Shown: positions 55,059 to 64,000 of the stretch, one piece after another
How the letters are laid out: every line of letters begins with the position of its first letter
Position numbering within the stretch: the first letter of the stretch is position 1
DNA from: Corallochytrium limacisporum Hawaii
Taxonomy: Eukaryota > Protista > Pluriformea
Direction of reading: 5' to 3'
Assembly: GCA_002811645.1 (NCBI GenBank)
Contig: PDIP01000019.1
Location: forward strand, 169,281 to 233,280
Length of the DNA: 64,000 bases
Notes under the pieces: generated by a model
The model's database searches: none
Seen by the model: only the letters and a program-made list of their open reading frames with translations
What the model was told of the DNA's origin: nothing
Translations under genes and position numbers: made by a program

Positions 55059-56060
55059 TTACGATCCGTCCGCCTTGGCAGTTTCCTTGTCCTTCTTGTC
55101 TGCCTTATCCTTCTCTTCAGCAGCCTTCTTCTCCTTCTCCTTTTCCAGATCCTCCTCCAGACCATCCTCTCGCTGTTCGTGCTCCCGATTTTCAATCTTG
55201 TTGTCGATAAGATTGTGCAGAGCAATGATGGAACGAATCATAGCGGCAAGGTAGATGATCAGGAACTGGTCGTTTGTCTTTACACTGAAGGCAGTGAGCA
55301 GACTCTCTAGGTTCAGGTTTGGGAGAAGGTTTAGCAGGTCCTGCAGCTGGTACATGATCTGGTAGTTGATGGGCAACTCACCTTTGTGTACCTTCTCCAC
55401 GTACTGATGAACATCGTCAAGCCGTGTCTTCAGACTGCGCAGCGCAGACATCTGGTTGCTGATTCGCTGAGCCAAAGTTCCTGCAGTGGAGTCCTTGATG
55501 TCACGTAATAAGTGTTCCACACCGACTTCCTCCGCCTCTTCTGCACCGATCTCGGAAGGAATGTGCTCAAAGGTTTTGCTCTTCGGAGTACCGTCGTCAT
55601 GAACCTCTTCAACGGCGTAGTAAGCGTCAGTAGGAATACCCATCTCCCGAGGAGTCACCTCAATGATCACCAGTACTGCATTGGGGCTGAAGCGGCGGAT
55701 CAAGTCGTTGATCAGCATATCGTTCTTACGTAAGGCAGGTCCCGTTGAGTACCAACCTACAACACGTTCCCGAGCATTGACCTTGCGGAACATGTTGAAC
55801 ATATTTTCCAGGTAGTTGTGGTCCAGAAAATGGATGCTGGGATCCTTCTCGTCTTCCTCGAAGGGTACTGCGAACGAATTACTCACGTCTAGTTCATTAC
55901 CCTTCCTTGCACCCAGCAGCACACCAACCACACGCTTGCTCGTGTTCTTTGCTACACGATTATAATGGTCTACCACGCTTAACAACACCAAAGGATGCAC
56001 GACCACCCGTTGCGGCTTCCATAGTGTGTAGTTTGTGTTCGGTCCGAATGTATCTTCCAT
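55059..56060 (-). CDS. PSMD7: 26S proteasome lid subunit Rpn8 (MPN domain)
   Basis: [65 protein letters not shown]-rich tail. Confidence 0.98.
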   Translation of the reverse strand: MEDTFGPNTNYTLWKPQRVVVHPLVLLSVVDHYNRVAKNTSKRVVGVLLGARKGNELDVSNSFAVPFEEDEKDPSIHFLDHNYLENMFNMFRKVNARERVVGWYSTGPALRKNDMLINDLIRRFSPNAVLVIIEVTPREMGIPTDAYYAVEEVHDDGTPKSKTFEHIPSEIGAEEAEEVGVEHLLRDIKDSTAGTLAQRISNQMSALRSLKTRLDDVHQYVEKVHKGELPINYQIMYQLQDLLNLLPNLNLESLLTAFSVKTNDQFLIIYLAAMIRSIIALHNLIDNKIENREHEQREDGLEEDLEKEKEKKAAEEKDKADKKDKETAKADGS

Positions 56061-57465
56061 AGTTTACGATGTGTCTAAACTTAAACTTACAACAAACCAG
56101 TGTTGATATACAGTTATTTAGTTGTTCTACTGCTCTCTTGTTCAGTTCCTCGAATTTCTTTGATCAAAGTCTGCGACAACACCAAACAAATCTATTCATC
56201 CAATTCCTATGTGAACTAGGTTACTCTCGGTCAACAACGCTGAATGTTGCTGTTACCCAATCAGGAGCAAAGACAGGCTTGATGTAGCTAACGAGACCTC
56301 AAAATTACTTGAATTTGTCGAAAACGTTTTGCGGAAGGGATGATCCAGAAATATGCGGCTCCCGGGTGTTGTCCGGTCTGCGTCACATTAGTGGCTGTTT
56401 GGACTTCCTCTTCGTTCCCGAAGGCGAAGTCGGGCGGTTAAGAATCGGACCGTGTCTGGACTCCTCCAGCTCAGATATGACACCTGGCAGGTGTTTCTCT
56501 TTCCACGGCCGACGCAGTTGGCGCCTTTACAGTTTACCGTAGTAAATGTACCACAGACTTTGTTGTTCCTTTGCGTTTCTTGGACGAAGAAGGGGGAGGG
56601 GGGGGAAAGCAGGAGGGGACGAGGGGAGCCAGAAGGCGAAGGGCGCAACAGACGGAGAGGGGGCAGGAAGAGGGAGAGTGAGTGACTTGGTTTGGGACAG
56701 CCAATGGAAAAAGCGAAACCCCTAAACAGTTAATCCAATTTAATCACTTTTGGTTTTCTACCGGTGTTCTTCGGCTTCACGCGAAGGGCATAACAAAGGC
56801 GATTGAAGAAGAAATGACAGGTTCATCGTACACTAGGCAACTTATTAAGTATAGGCCTGGGCGGTAGTCAAATTGATCGGATGTATGTGAGCGCACTCTG
56901 ACCTATCCTTCTCTTGTTCTTCAATGGGTCGAATAGTAAGAGTACTGTGTTTCCCTGGCTTGGCGGAAGCAACGGAAGAATGGCGCCCGGGGTGGGGGAG
57001 GAGGGGGGAGGGGGGACCAGAATTACAGCCAAGCGGGCGACACGTGGGGGGCCTCCCAGTGCTGCTCCTGCTGCTTACTTCAGCTGGATTCCCTGCCCCT
57101 TGGCCTATTTTCCAGCCCACCACCCCGCAGCGGGCGCTCCTAGCGCAGGGGGGCTGTAGCTTCCCTATCCTCAGCTTACAAACAGCCAGGTCTCACACGC
57201 ACGCAAGCAACTCATTCCGCCACAGATTACGCATGGGAAGAGTACCATCGCACACGAAACATTTAGTGCAGGAACCGTGGGCTCGGTCAGAACTGTAAAT
57301 GGCAAGGGGTTCAGCCCATATACATTCTTATGTTACTGTGGAGGTAGAGCTATTGTATACTTTGCTGCTATTTAATCTATCCAGGTCATTGCATGGAAAT
57401 ATCGGACAGAAACAATATTAGTGACACTTTTGTACAACTAGTGCGGGAAAAACGCTGCAGCAAGA

Positions 57466-60240
57466 ATGTCGGGAATCGCATCCCGCTTTTACGCAGCATC
57501 TTCCTCCGGGTCGGAGGACGAGCAGAGTGACGATGAGTCCTTTGAACAGCAGGTTCCGGCCGGACGTAGTCGTTTCCTGGCCAGTGACAGTGAGTCTGAA
57601 GACGAAGAACGTGTGGTAAAGTCAAAGAAGGACAAGCGTTTCGAAGAACTTGCTGAACTCGGTCGCAATATTCGCAACCATAAAAACATTAAGGACTGGA
57701 ATGCCGCACAGTCTGACTATGACGCAATGGAGAAGGCACTAAAGAAGACCAAGGGAATCGTTGGGGGTGGTGCCACGCCGAAGATATTCCTGAAGTACCT
57801 GATCGAACTCGACGAAGCCGTGGAACAGGCAGCAGCAGATAAGGAGGGTCGCAAGAAAATGAGCAAGACCTCCGTGAAGGCATTGAACGCCTTGCGTCAG
57901 AAGCTGCGCAAGGCTGTGCGTGCTTATGAGGGTGAGATTGAGCTCTACAAGAAGGATCCTCTGGTATCTGGCGAATCTGACGACGAGGACGAAGACGAGG
58001 ATGAGGACGAGTCGGAGACTGAGAGCGAGGAAGAGGAGAGCGAGGACGAAGCCCCGAAGGCTGCTACTAAGGCTCCCGCCAGCCGTTTCCTGCGCGCCGC
58101 TGCGGGCGGTGATTCCGACTCTGAGACAGACAGTGACGAGAGTAGTGACGATGATGATGACCAGGTGGCTCCTTCATCCAAGTGGTTGAAGGCCAGCTCT
58201 GACAGCAAGAAGAAGAGCAAAGCCCCGAAGGAAAAGAAGACTAAGGTTTCCAAGGGACCTATCGAAGGCATTGACTCCGTAATCACCACTAATGACTTCA
58301 CTACAGTGCAGGCACCTACTAGCAAGGGAGCCAAATCCAAGGATCTGTTTGAGGGTGAGAAGGACATTACAGTTGAGGTTGTGCAGAACAAGATTCTTGA
58401 CGTCTTGGCCCAGCGTGGTCGCCGTGGTACGGACCGTGCTGAACAGGTTACCCTGTTTAAGAAGATCCGCGAAGTTGCCCGAGAGAACAAGCTTGGTTTG
58501 GGTATCGACCTTAAAATCCTTTTGCACCTGATTAGCGCCCAGTTCGATCTGACTCCTGCGACAGCCACCCACATGGATTTGGAGCACTGGAATACCTGCT
58601 ACGAATTCATTATGGAACTGATCCGTGAACTCGAGGATCATCCTGAGATTCGCATGGGCGAGGACTTCTCTGAGGAGGAAGAGATTCTGGAGCCCGAGGA
58701 TGGCAAGTACATGATCAGGGGTTCCCCAATCTCCCTGGTGGAGCGTCTCGACGACGAGTTTACTCGTTCTCTGCAGAATCTGGATCCCCACACCACCGCC
58801 TATGTTGACCGGCTCAAGGACGATCAGCGCCTCATTGAAATGATCATACACATGGAGAAGATCTTGGTGGCCTACGGCAACAATGCCAACATCTGCCGCA
58901 TTTACCTGCGTCACCTGGAGCACGTCTACTATCGCGTGGACAAGGATCTATTGCAGCAGACCGACTTCTCCGCCCCATCTGCTGGTCGCAGCATCCAGAC
59001 CGGCATCCATGGTTATGTTGAGGCCGACGTACACGCCGAGAGCTTGGAGCTTGTGACCAAACTGGCTACCTACCTGTACCGCTACGATGACACTGGTCGC
59101 CTGCGTACTAAGGCTATGCTCTACCATATTTACTTCTTGGCTCTACACAATTTCTGGCACAAGAGCCGTGATCTGTTGCTAATGAGTCACTTGCAGGACG
59201 CTGTTGTGAACCTCGATATTCCTGCCCAGATTATTTACAACCGTACAATCGTGCAGGTTGGTCTGTGTGCATTCCGCACTGGTCACATCCGTGAGGCCCA
59301 CCAAGCCCTTCACGACGTGATTGTTAGCAACCGGTTCCGAGAGCTACTGGCCCAGGGTACCGCCAGCCAACGCTTCCGTGACCAAGAACGCAATCGCGAA
59401 CAAGAAAAGGTTGAGAAACGCCGGCAGATGCCCTTCCACATGCACATTAACCTGGAACTTCTGGAATGTGTCTACCACTGCTGCGTTCTCTTGCTGGAGA
59501 TCCCCCCGATGGCTTCTGGTCTGCATGGTGACCGCCGTCGCATGATCTCCCGGCCATTCCGTCGTCTGCTCGATATCTTCGAGAAGCAGCCGTTCAATGG
59601 ACCCCCGGAGAACACCAAGGAGCACGTCGTGGCTGCCGCCCGTGCTTTGATGCAAGGTGAGTGGCGAAAGACTCAGGACCTGGTCCTAAACTTGAAGATT
59701 TGGAACCTTATGCCCGATCACGAGAACGTAAAGAAAATGCTGGCCCGCAAGATCCAAGAGGAAGGTCTTCGCACCTACCTATTTGCCTACTCTGGCGTTT
59801 ACGAGACGCTGCGTCTTGAGGTTCTGGCTGAGATGTTCGAGCTGCCCACAAATGTGGCCTACTCTATCATCTCTAAGATGATGATCAACAACGAGCTCTC
59901 CGCCAGTTGGGACCAGCCTAGCCAGAGCATTGTCCTGCACCGTGCCGAGGCTACGAAGCTGCAGTTCCTGACCTATCAAGCCGCTGAAAAGGCCATGGAC
60001 ATCCTAGTCTACAACGAACAGATGCTTGAGCGCCAGTCAATGGGTGCTTTCAGCTTCCGTGGACGTGGACGCGGTGGCCGAGGCGATGGAGAAGGCTTCC
60101 AATTCCGCAAGCGGGAAGGTGGCAACTTCCGAGGAAGAGGCGGTCGTGGCGGTCGTGGCGGTCGCCGCGGGGGCCTGGGACTCTTCCGTACCATCGAACC
60201 CCCGAGCCAGCGCCGGATTGCACAGCGGGTTGGCTACTAA
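57466..60240 (+). CDS. EIF3C: Translation initiation factor 3 subunit C
   Basis: SRFYA start, RVVKSKKDKRFEEL, acidic tracts, RGRRGTDR, RRQMPFHMHINLELLE, GPPENTKEHV, PCI domain, C-terminal RGG tail. Confidence 0.97.
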   Translation: MSGIASRFYAASSSGSEDEQSDDESFEQQVPAGRSRFLASDSESEDEERVVKSKKDKRFEELAELGRNIRNHKNIKDWNAAQSDYDAMEKALKKTKGIVGGGATPKIFLKYLIELDEAVEQAAADKEGRKKMSKTSVKALNALRQKLRKAVRAYEGEIELYKKDPLVSGESDDEDEDEDEDESETESEEEESEDEAPKAATKAPASRFLRAAAGGDSDSETDSDESSDDDDDQVAPSSKWLKASSDSKKKSKAPKEKKTKVSKGPIEGIDSVITTNDFTTVQAPTSKGAKSKDLFEGEKDITVEVVQNKILDVLAQRGRRGTDRAEQVTLFKKIREVARENKLGLGIDLKILLHLISAQFDLTPATATHMDLEHWNTCYEFIMELIRELEDHPEIRMGEDFSEEEEILEPEDGKYMIRGSPISLVERLDDEFTRSLQNLDPHTTAYVDRLKDDQRLIEMIIHMEKILVAYGNNANICRIYLRHLEHVYYRVDKDLLQQTDFSAPSAGRSIQTGIHGYVEADVHAESLELVTKLATYLYRYDDTGRLRTKAMLYHIYFLALHNFWHKSRDLLLMSHLQDAVVNLDIPAQIIYNRTIVQVGLCAFRTGHIREAHQALHDVIVSNRFRELLAQGTASQRFRDQERNREQEKVEKRRQMPFHMHINLELLECVYHCCVLLLEIPPMASGLHGDRRRMISRPFRRLLDIFEKQPFNGPPENTKEHVVAAARALMQGEWRKTQDLVLNLKIWNLMPDHENVKKMLARKIQEEGLRTYLFAYSGVYETLRLEVLAEMFELPTNVAYSIISKMMINNELSASWDQPSQSIVLHRAEATKLQFLTYQAAEKAMDILVYNEQMLERQSMGAFSFRGRGRGGRGDGEGFQFRKREGGNFRGRGGRGGRGGRRGGLGLFRTIEPPSQRRIAQRVGY

Positions 60241-61020
60241 GTCACACGGCTTCGGACCTCTCGTAAACATGAACATCGCATCTCCTCTTTGCACCATCTC
60301 TTTTGCATCAATGGAGATCGTCTTACAGCACAGAATACAAACTAGCTCCTTCTTTACCATATGTTGATACTGTATTACTTGTGGTTCCCTGCTACTGTCC
60401 TTCCGATCTGACGGGTCAATAACATTTCGGACGGGGCCCTGATTCTCTGTTCATCTCCATGCTTTGCCCCTTCAAACACCATGGGCTCAGGCTGCTACGT
60501 CAACCAGCTGCAACGCCCTCCCCACTGCACCTACCGCACCCCCCAACCTTCCGCAACCGCAAAGCGTTGCCCAATTTTTCCGTTCGGGCTTGCTTACGTT
60601 TCGATTACCAGGACGGGCACCCGCCGGCCGTAAGAAACAAGTGTCCCGGGCCGTAGGGATCGCAGTACGAGTCCAAACCCGGCAACAGAGGGTTCGTACG
60701 TGTTTTCTGACTGATCGTACGCGCTTTCGTTGGCTGTCAAATTCTTAGGGTGGAAGTATTGCGGTCCATATGGCAGGCACATCATCTTGCACCAGGGTGT
60801 GGCTGTCGTGGCTGCTGGTGGTCTGCAGAGGTGTGATTCGTTCTTCGTTTTCGGGCGTGGTGCATAGTATTTAAACGAGATAGAATGTCCAACGCAAACC
60901 GGCCCCAGGCCATACTGCCACATCCATAGTCTGCCCCAAGAATAGCATTGTGGTCTCCTCATGATCACAATAGCATCGAAACTTTAGTTACCAGCAAACG
61001 GAGAAGCAAAACACCTGTTC

Positions 61021-63849
61021 ATGGTGCGCTCGGGTGGTGGGTCGACCATTTATGGGTCGACTGTTAATGTCGACAACAGTGACCTTTCGTCACTGTTGTT
61101 GCAATGCGATTTGGAGCCCATCCACATCTTGGGCGCCATTCAGAACCATGGTGCTTTGATAGCCATCCGCCTTCAGTCTGGCATGATCGGAGTAGTTAGT
61201 GAGAACCTGAAGGAATGGGTTGGTGTTGGCCACGAAGAGGTTCGTGGCCGCCATTTTGCAGACGCCTTTGGAACAGAGTGCTGGAGATGTTTGCAGGAGT
61301 TTATGGCCACCGGTAGAGATCGTTTGGCCACTGTAATGCCCTTCAAGACCGGAGTTCCCAACCCAACTGGCTCCGGTAGTGAGGACAGGGGTGATGTAAG
61401 TGGAGAGACCATGCATGATGTGATGTTGGTTGTGAGCAACGTGTATCTCGTGGTAGAGGTCTTTGGTCCTACGTGTGCAGGACACATTACCCTTGAATCT
61501 TTTCGCCAGCCTTTGAGCACGATTTTCGCTGCCACTGAACTACAGCAAGCGTACGATATCATGGCCGAGGAAATCAAGCAGCTCTCTGGCTTTGATCGTG
61601 TCATGGTGTACAAATTTGACGAACACGGCAATGGTTGTGTAGTTGCTGAGGCTAAGGAAGCTGAGATGGAACCTTATCTTGGGCTAAATTATCCCGCATC
61701 AGACATACCTCGTCAAGCTCGTCGCCTGTACTGCAAGACATTTGTTCGTGTCATTGCTGATGTCACTGCCCAACCTGTAAACCTTTTTGCAGTCGGAGAT
61801 GTTCTGGATGAACAGCCATTCGACTTGAGCATGTGTAGTTTGCGTGCAGTAAGCCCCATGCACATCCAATACCTAAAGAATATGGGCGTCGGGGTGTCCA
61901 TGAGTTTCTCCATCATTAAGAAGAATCATCTATGGGGCCTGATTGCGTGCCACAACCGCACGTATAAAAAACAGAACTTGCCCTTGCTCATGGTCTACGA
62001 AATGATGTCACAGGCGTTCAGTCTGCATCTGCTGCGCATTGCGCAGATGGACTATGAGCGCTACTTACAGACTCAAAAACAAACCATGGCAACAATTCTG
62101 AGCAGCGTCGACTGTAGCGAAGCACCTGGTCCTCAAATAGAGGAACGTGCCAAGGACCTGATGACTGTCTTTGGGGCCGGTGGAATGTATTGCCGCCTGG
62201 CCGACTACGAGTTCACAGCGGGAGAGTGCCCCAAGAACTCCACAATCAAGCAGGTTGTAAATTTCGTCACAAGACAGTCACAACAAGTCAAGAGTGGCAT
62301 TTTTCAGACCAACTGCCTGAGCTCAAAGATTGCGGTAGTCCATGACAGTATCGACGTTGCCAGCGGTGTGCTGGCCCTGCATTGCAAGGGTAAAAACAAT
62401 GTGATTGTCTTTTTCAGGCCCGAGGTTGTGCGCATGGTGAGCTGGGGCGGTAATCCGAATGATAGCCTGAAGGTTAATCAAGAAGCAGATGGTGGCGTCC
62501 ACATTTCACCTCGTCGCTCTTTCGCTATCTGGAAGGAGAACATGTGCGCTACTTCAAAGCCCTGGACTGAGATTGAGTGTCGCGAGGCAAATCAGTTCCG
62601 CCTGGTGGTCGAATCCTTCTTGAAGAGCCACGAAGACTTTATGCTCGAGAAGCGTCTCCAAAGCAATCTTAGTACCTCCTCCGTATCGAGTGACTCTGGC
62701 TATGATGGTGATATCTCTCAGCAGAGCAGTGTCAAGGGCATGCTGGGCCTGTTGGTCAGTGAAGATATCTCCATGGACATGAAAACCCGGCTGAACGATA
62801 TTGTTGAGAGCCCGGACACCATGTTGCGTCTATTGAACGACATCCTGGATATGAGCAAAATGGAGGAGAACTTCAGCCATGTCCAGGAGCGGGAGTTCAT
62901 GGTTATTGCCGATCTACAGGGCGTGTTTACGTACTTTGAGAAACACTGCGAGGAGAAGGGCCTCACCTTTGATGTGCAGTGGAATGTCAATCCAGAGGGC
63001 AACCACCTAGTCGGAGACCCCCATCGGATCCGCCAGGTTGTCATCTCCTTGCTCGAGAATGCCCATAAATTTACCTTCGAAGGCGGAGTCACCGTCAAGG
63101 TCAAGACATCATGCAACCAAGAGACACGGACATGCGAACTAAGCATTGCAATCAATGACACAGGATGTGGGATTCCTTCAGATAGCCTAGAGCTGATCTT
63201 CCAGCCGTTCAAGCAGGCTCAGGAAGTCGCTACCAAGTCTTCCGGCGGCAACGGGCTCGGTCTGACAATGGCCCACGTCCTCAGCCGCACAATGGGCGGT
63301 AAGATTGCAGTCAATTCTCTGGTGGGCAGTGGATCAACCTTTACTTTCTCCGTTAAACTGCCAATGGCTGACGATGCGCATGCAGTCATGAGTGCCGACG
63401 ATACAGTCAGCGTAGGGTCACTGGTAGGTAGCACCTGTCTGGTTGCCGTTGAGCAAGAGCAAACTCCCGCAGACATCTGCTCTTTTCTCGAGGATGACAC
63501 AATGCAGTGTGATGCAGTGACATCTCCAGTGGATCTGGTTCATCGTCTGCAAGAAACAAAGTACGACATTGTCCTTGTGTCTGTCCATTTCCAGCGTACT
63601 GATGTCGAAGAATTGCGGCGAAAAATGCAAGAGGGTGACCTGGGCGATGTCAATAGGGAGACTCCGTTGGTTTGCATAGCTCTGAATGAGGAGGAACAGA
63701 AGCGCATCGCGGACCAACTGGGTGGCACTTCGCATGTCCTGATTATCCCTAGAGTAGAGAGCATGCCAGAGTTCCGCAAGAGAATCCATCGGATCATGAA
63801 GGACGCCCGCAGTGCTAGTTTAGTCAACAATGAAGATGACAATATTTAA
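61021..63849 (+). CDS. Phytochrome, bacteriophytochrome type (PAS2-GAF-PHY-HisKA-like-HATPase-REC)
   Basis: C29 in CDLEPIHILGAIQNHG; GFDRVMVYKF; PASDIP; LRAVSPMHIQYLKNMGV; WGLIACH; PHY tongue WGGNP...PRRSF; N box LLENAHKFT, G1 DTGCGI, F IFQPF, G2 GNGLGL; C-terminal receiver fold. Confidence 0.95.
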   Translation: MVRSGGGSTIYGSTVNVDNSDLSSLLLQCDLEPIHILGAIQNHGALIAIRLQSGMIGVVSENLKEWVGVGHEEVRGRHFADAFGTECWRCLQEFMATGRDRLATVMPFKTGVPNPTGSGSEDRGDVSGETMHDVMLVVSNVYLVVEVFGPTCAGHITLESFRQPLSTIFAATELQQAYDIMAEEIKQLSGFDRVMVYKFDEHGNGCVVAEAKEAEMEPYLGLNYPASDIPRQARRLYCKTFVRVIADVTAQPVNLFAVGDVLDEQPFDLSMCSLRAVSPMHIQYLKNMGVGVSMSFSIIKKNHLWGLIACHNRTYKKQNLPLLMVYEMMSQAFSLHLLRIAQMDYERYLQTQKQTMATILSSVDCSEAPGPQIEERAKDLMTVFGAGGMYCRLADYEFTAGECPKNSTIKQVVNFVTRQSQQVKSGIFQTNCLSSKIAVVHDSIDVASGVLALHCKGKNNVIVFFRPEVVRMVSWGGNPNDSLKVNQEADGGVHISPRRSFAIWKENMCATSKPWTEIECREANQFRLVVESFLKSHEDFMLEKRLQSNLSTSSVSSDSGYDGDISQQSSVKGMLGLLVSEDISMDMKTRLNDIVESPDTMLRLLNDILDMSKMEENFSHVQEREFMVIADLQGVFTYFEKHCEEKGLTFDVQWNVNPEGNHLVGDPHRIRQVVISLLENAHKFTFEGGVTVKVKTSCNQETRTCELSIAINDTGCGIPSDSLELIFQPFKQAQEVATKSSGGNGLGLTMAHVLSRTMGGKIAVNSLVGSGSTFTFSVKLPMADDAHAVMSADDTVSVGSLVGSTCLVAVEQEQTPADICSFLEDDTMQCDAVTSPVDLVHRLQETKYDIVLVSVHFQRTDVEELRRKMQEGDLGDVNRETPLVCIALNEEEQKRIADQLGGTSHVLIIPRVESMPEFRKRIHRIMKDARSASLVNNEDDNI

Positions 63850-64000
63850 CCGGTTGTGCCTTGTTTGTGATTCTATGTCACTGCGCCACCGTACCATTGT
63901 AATGCCTGTCATTTTCACATACAAACAGCAGATGGGACACCTTTTGCTTTAGCTTGTCTTTTGCTTGATCTATATTAAGTACATCGAATGTGATTTCGCT

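Noticed and set aside
57945-58923. Antisense ORFs over eIF3c
   Set aside because: Shadows of acidic tracts and biased codons.
1-64000. tRNA, rRNA, CRISPR arrays and intact transposons
   Set aside because: No cloverleaf/T-loop signature, rRNA-like segment, repeat-spacer array, transposase/RT ORF or terminal repeats were seen by eye.

Overview
Gene-dense eukaryotic nuclear DNA with about 23 protein-coding genes, none needing an intron. Recognisable genes: CSTF1, Hikeshi, EIPR1, ALDH3, TCP1, NDUFAF7, a forkhead factor, kynureninase, a divergent DEAD-box protein, an AIM25-like scramblase, a mid-SUN protein, UBAC2-like, an alpha/beta hydrolase, NUP160, MED10, VAC14, PSMD7, eIF3c and a phytochrome. 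Gene content and the lack of introns suggest an intron-poor unicellular opisthokont, probably a holozoan (Corallochytrium-like); this is inference. Two main candidates for new biology. (1) A bacteriophytochrome-type photoreceptor (PAS-GAF-PHY-kinase-REC) with an intact biliverdin pocket and ATP-binding boxes. Its phosphoacceptor His is replaced by a Ser-rich tract and its receiver Asp by Ser, so the output looks rewired. (2) An unannotated ~800-nt structured RNA candidate between ALDH3 and TCP1, with nested helices, UUCG tetraloops, repeated loop motifs, a possible pseudoknot and a P6.1-like hairpin; telomerase RNA is one hypothesis. Also noted: a ~10 kb ORF-poor region upstream of the forkhead gene, G/C tracts in most promoters, an LRR pseudogene and a 204-N assembly gap. 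All family calls come from motif recognition by eye; no searches or folding were run.
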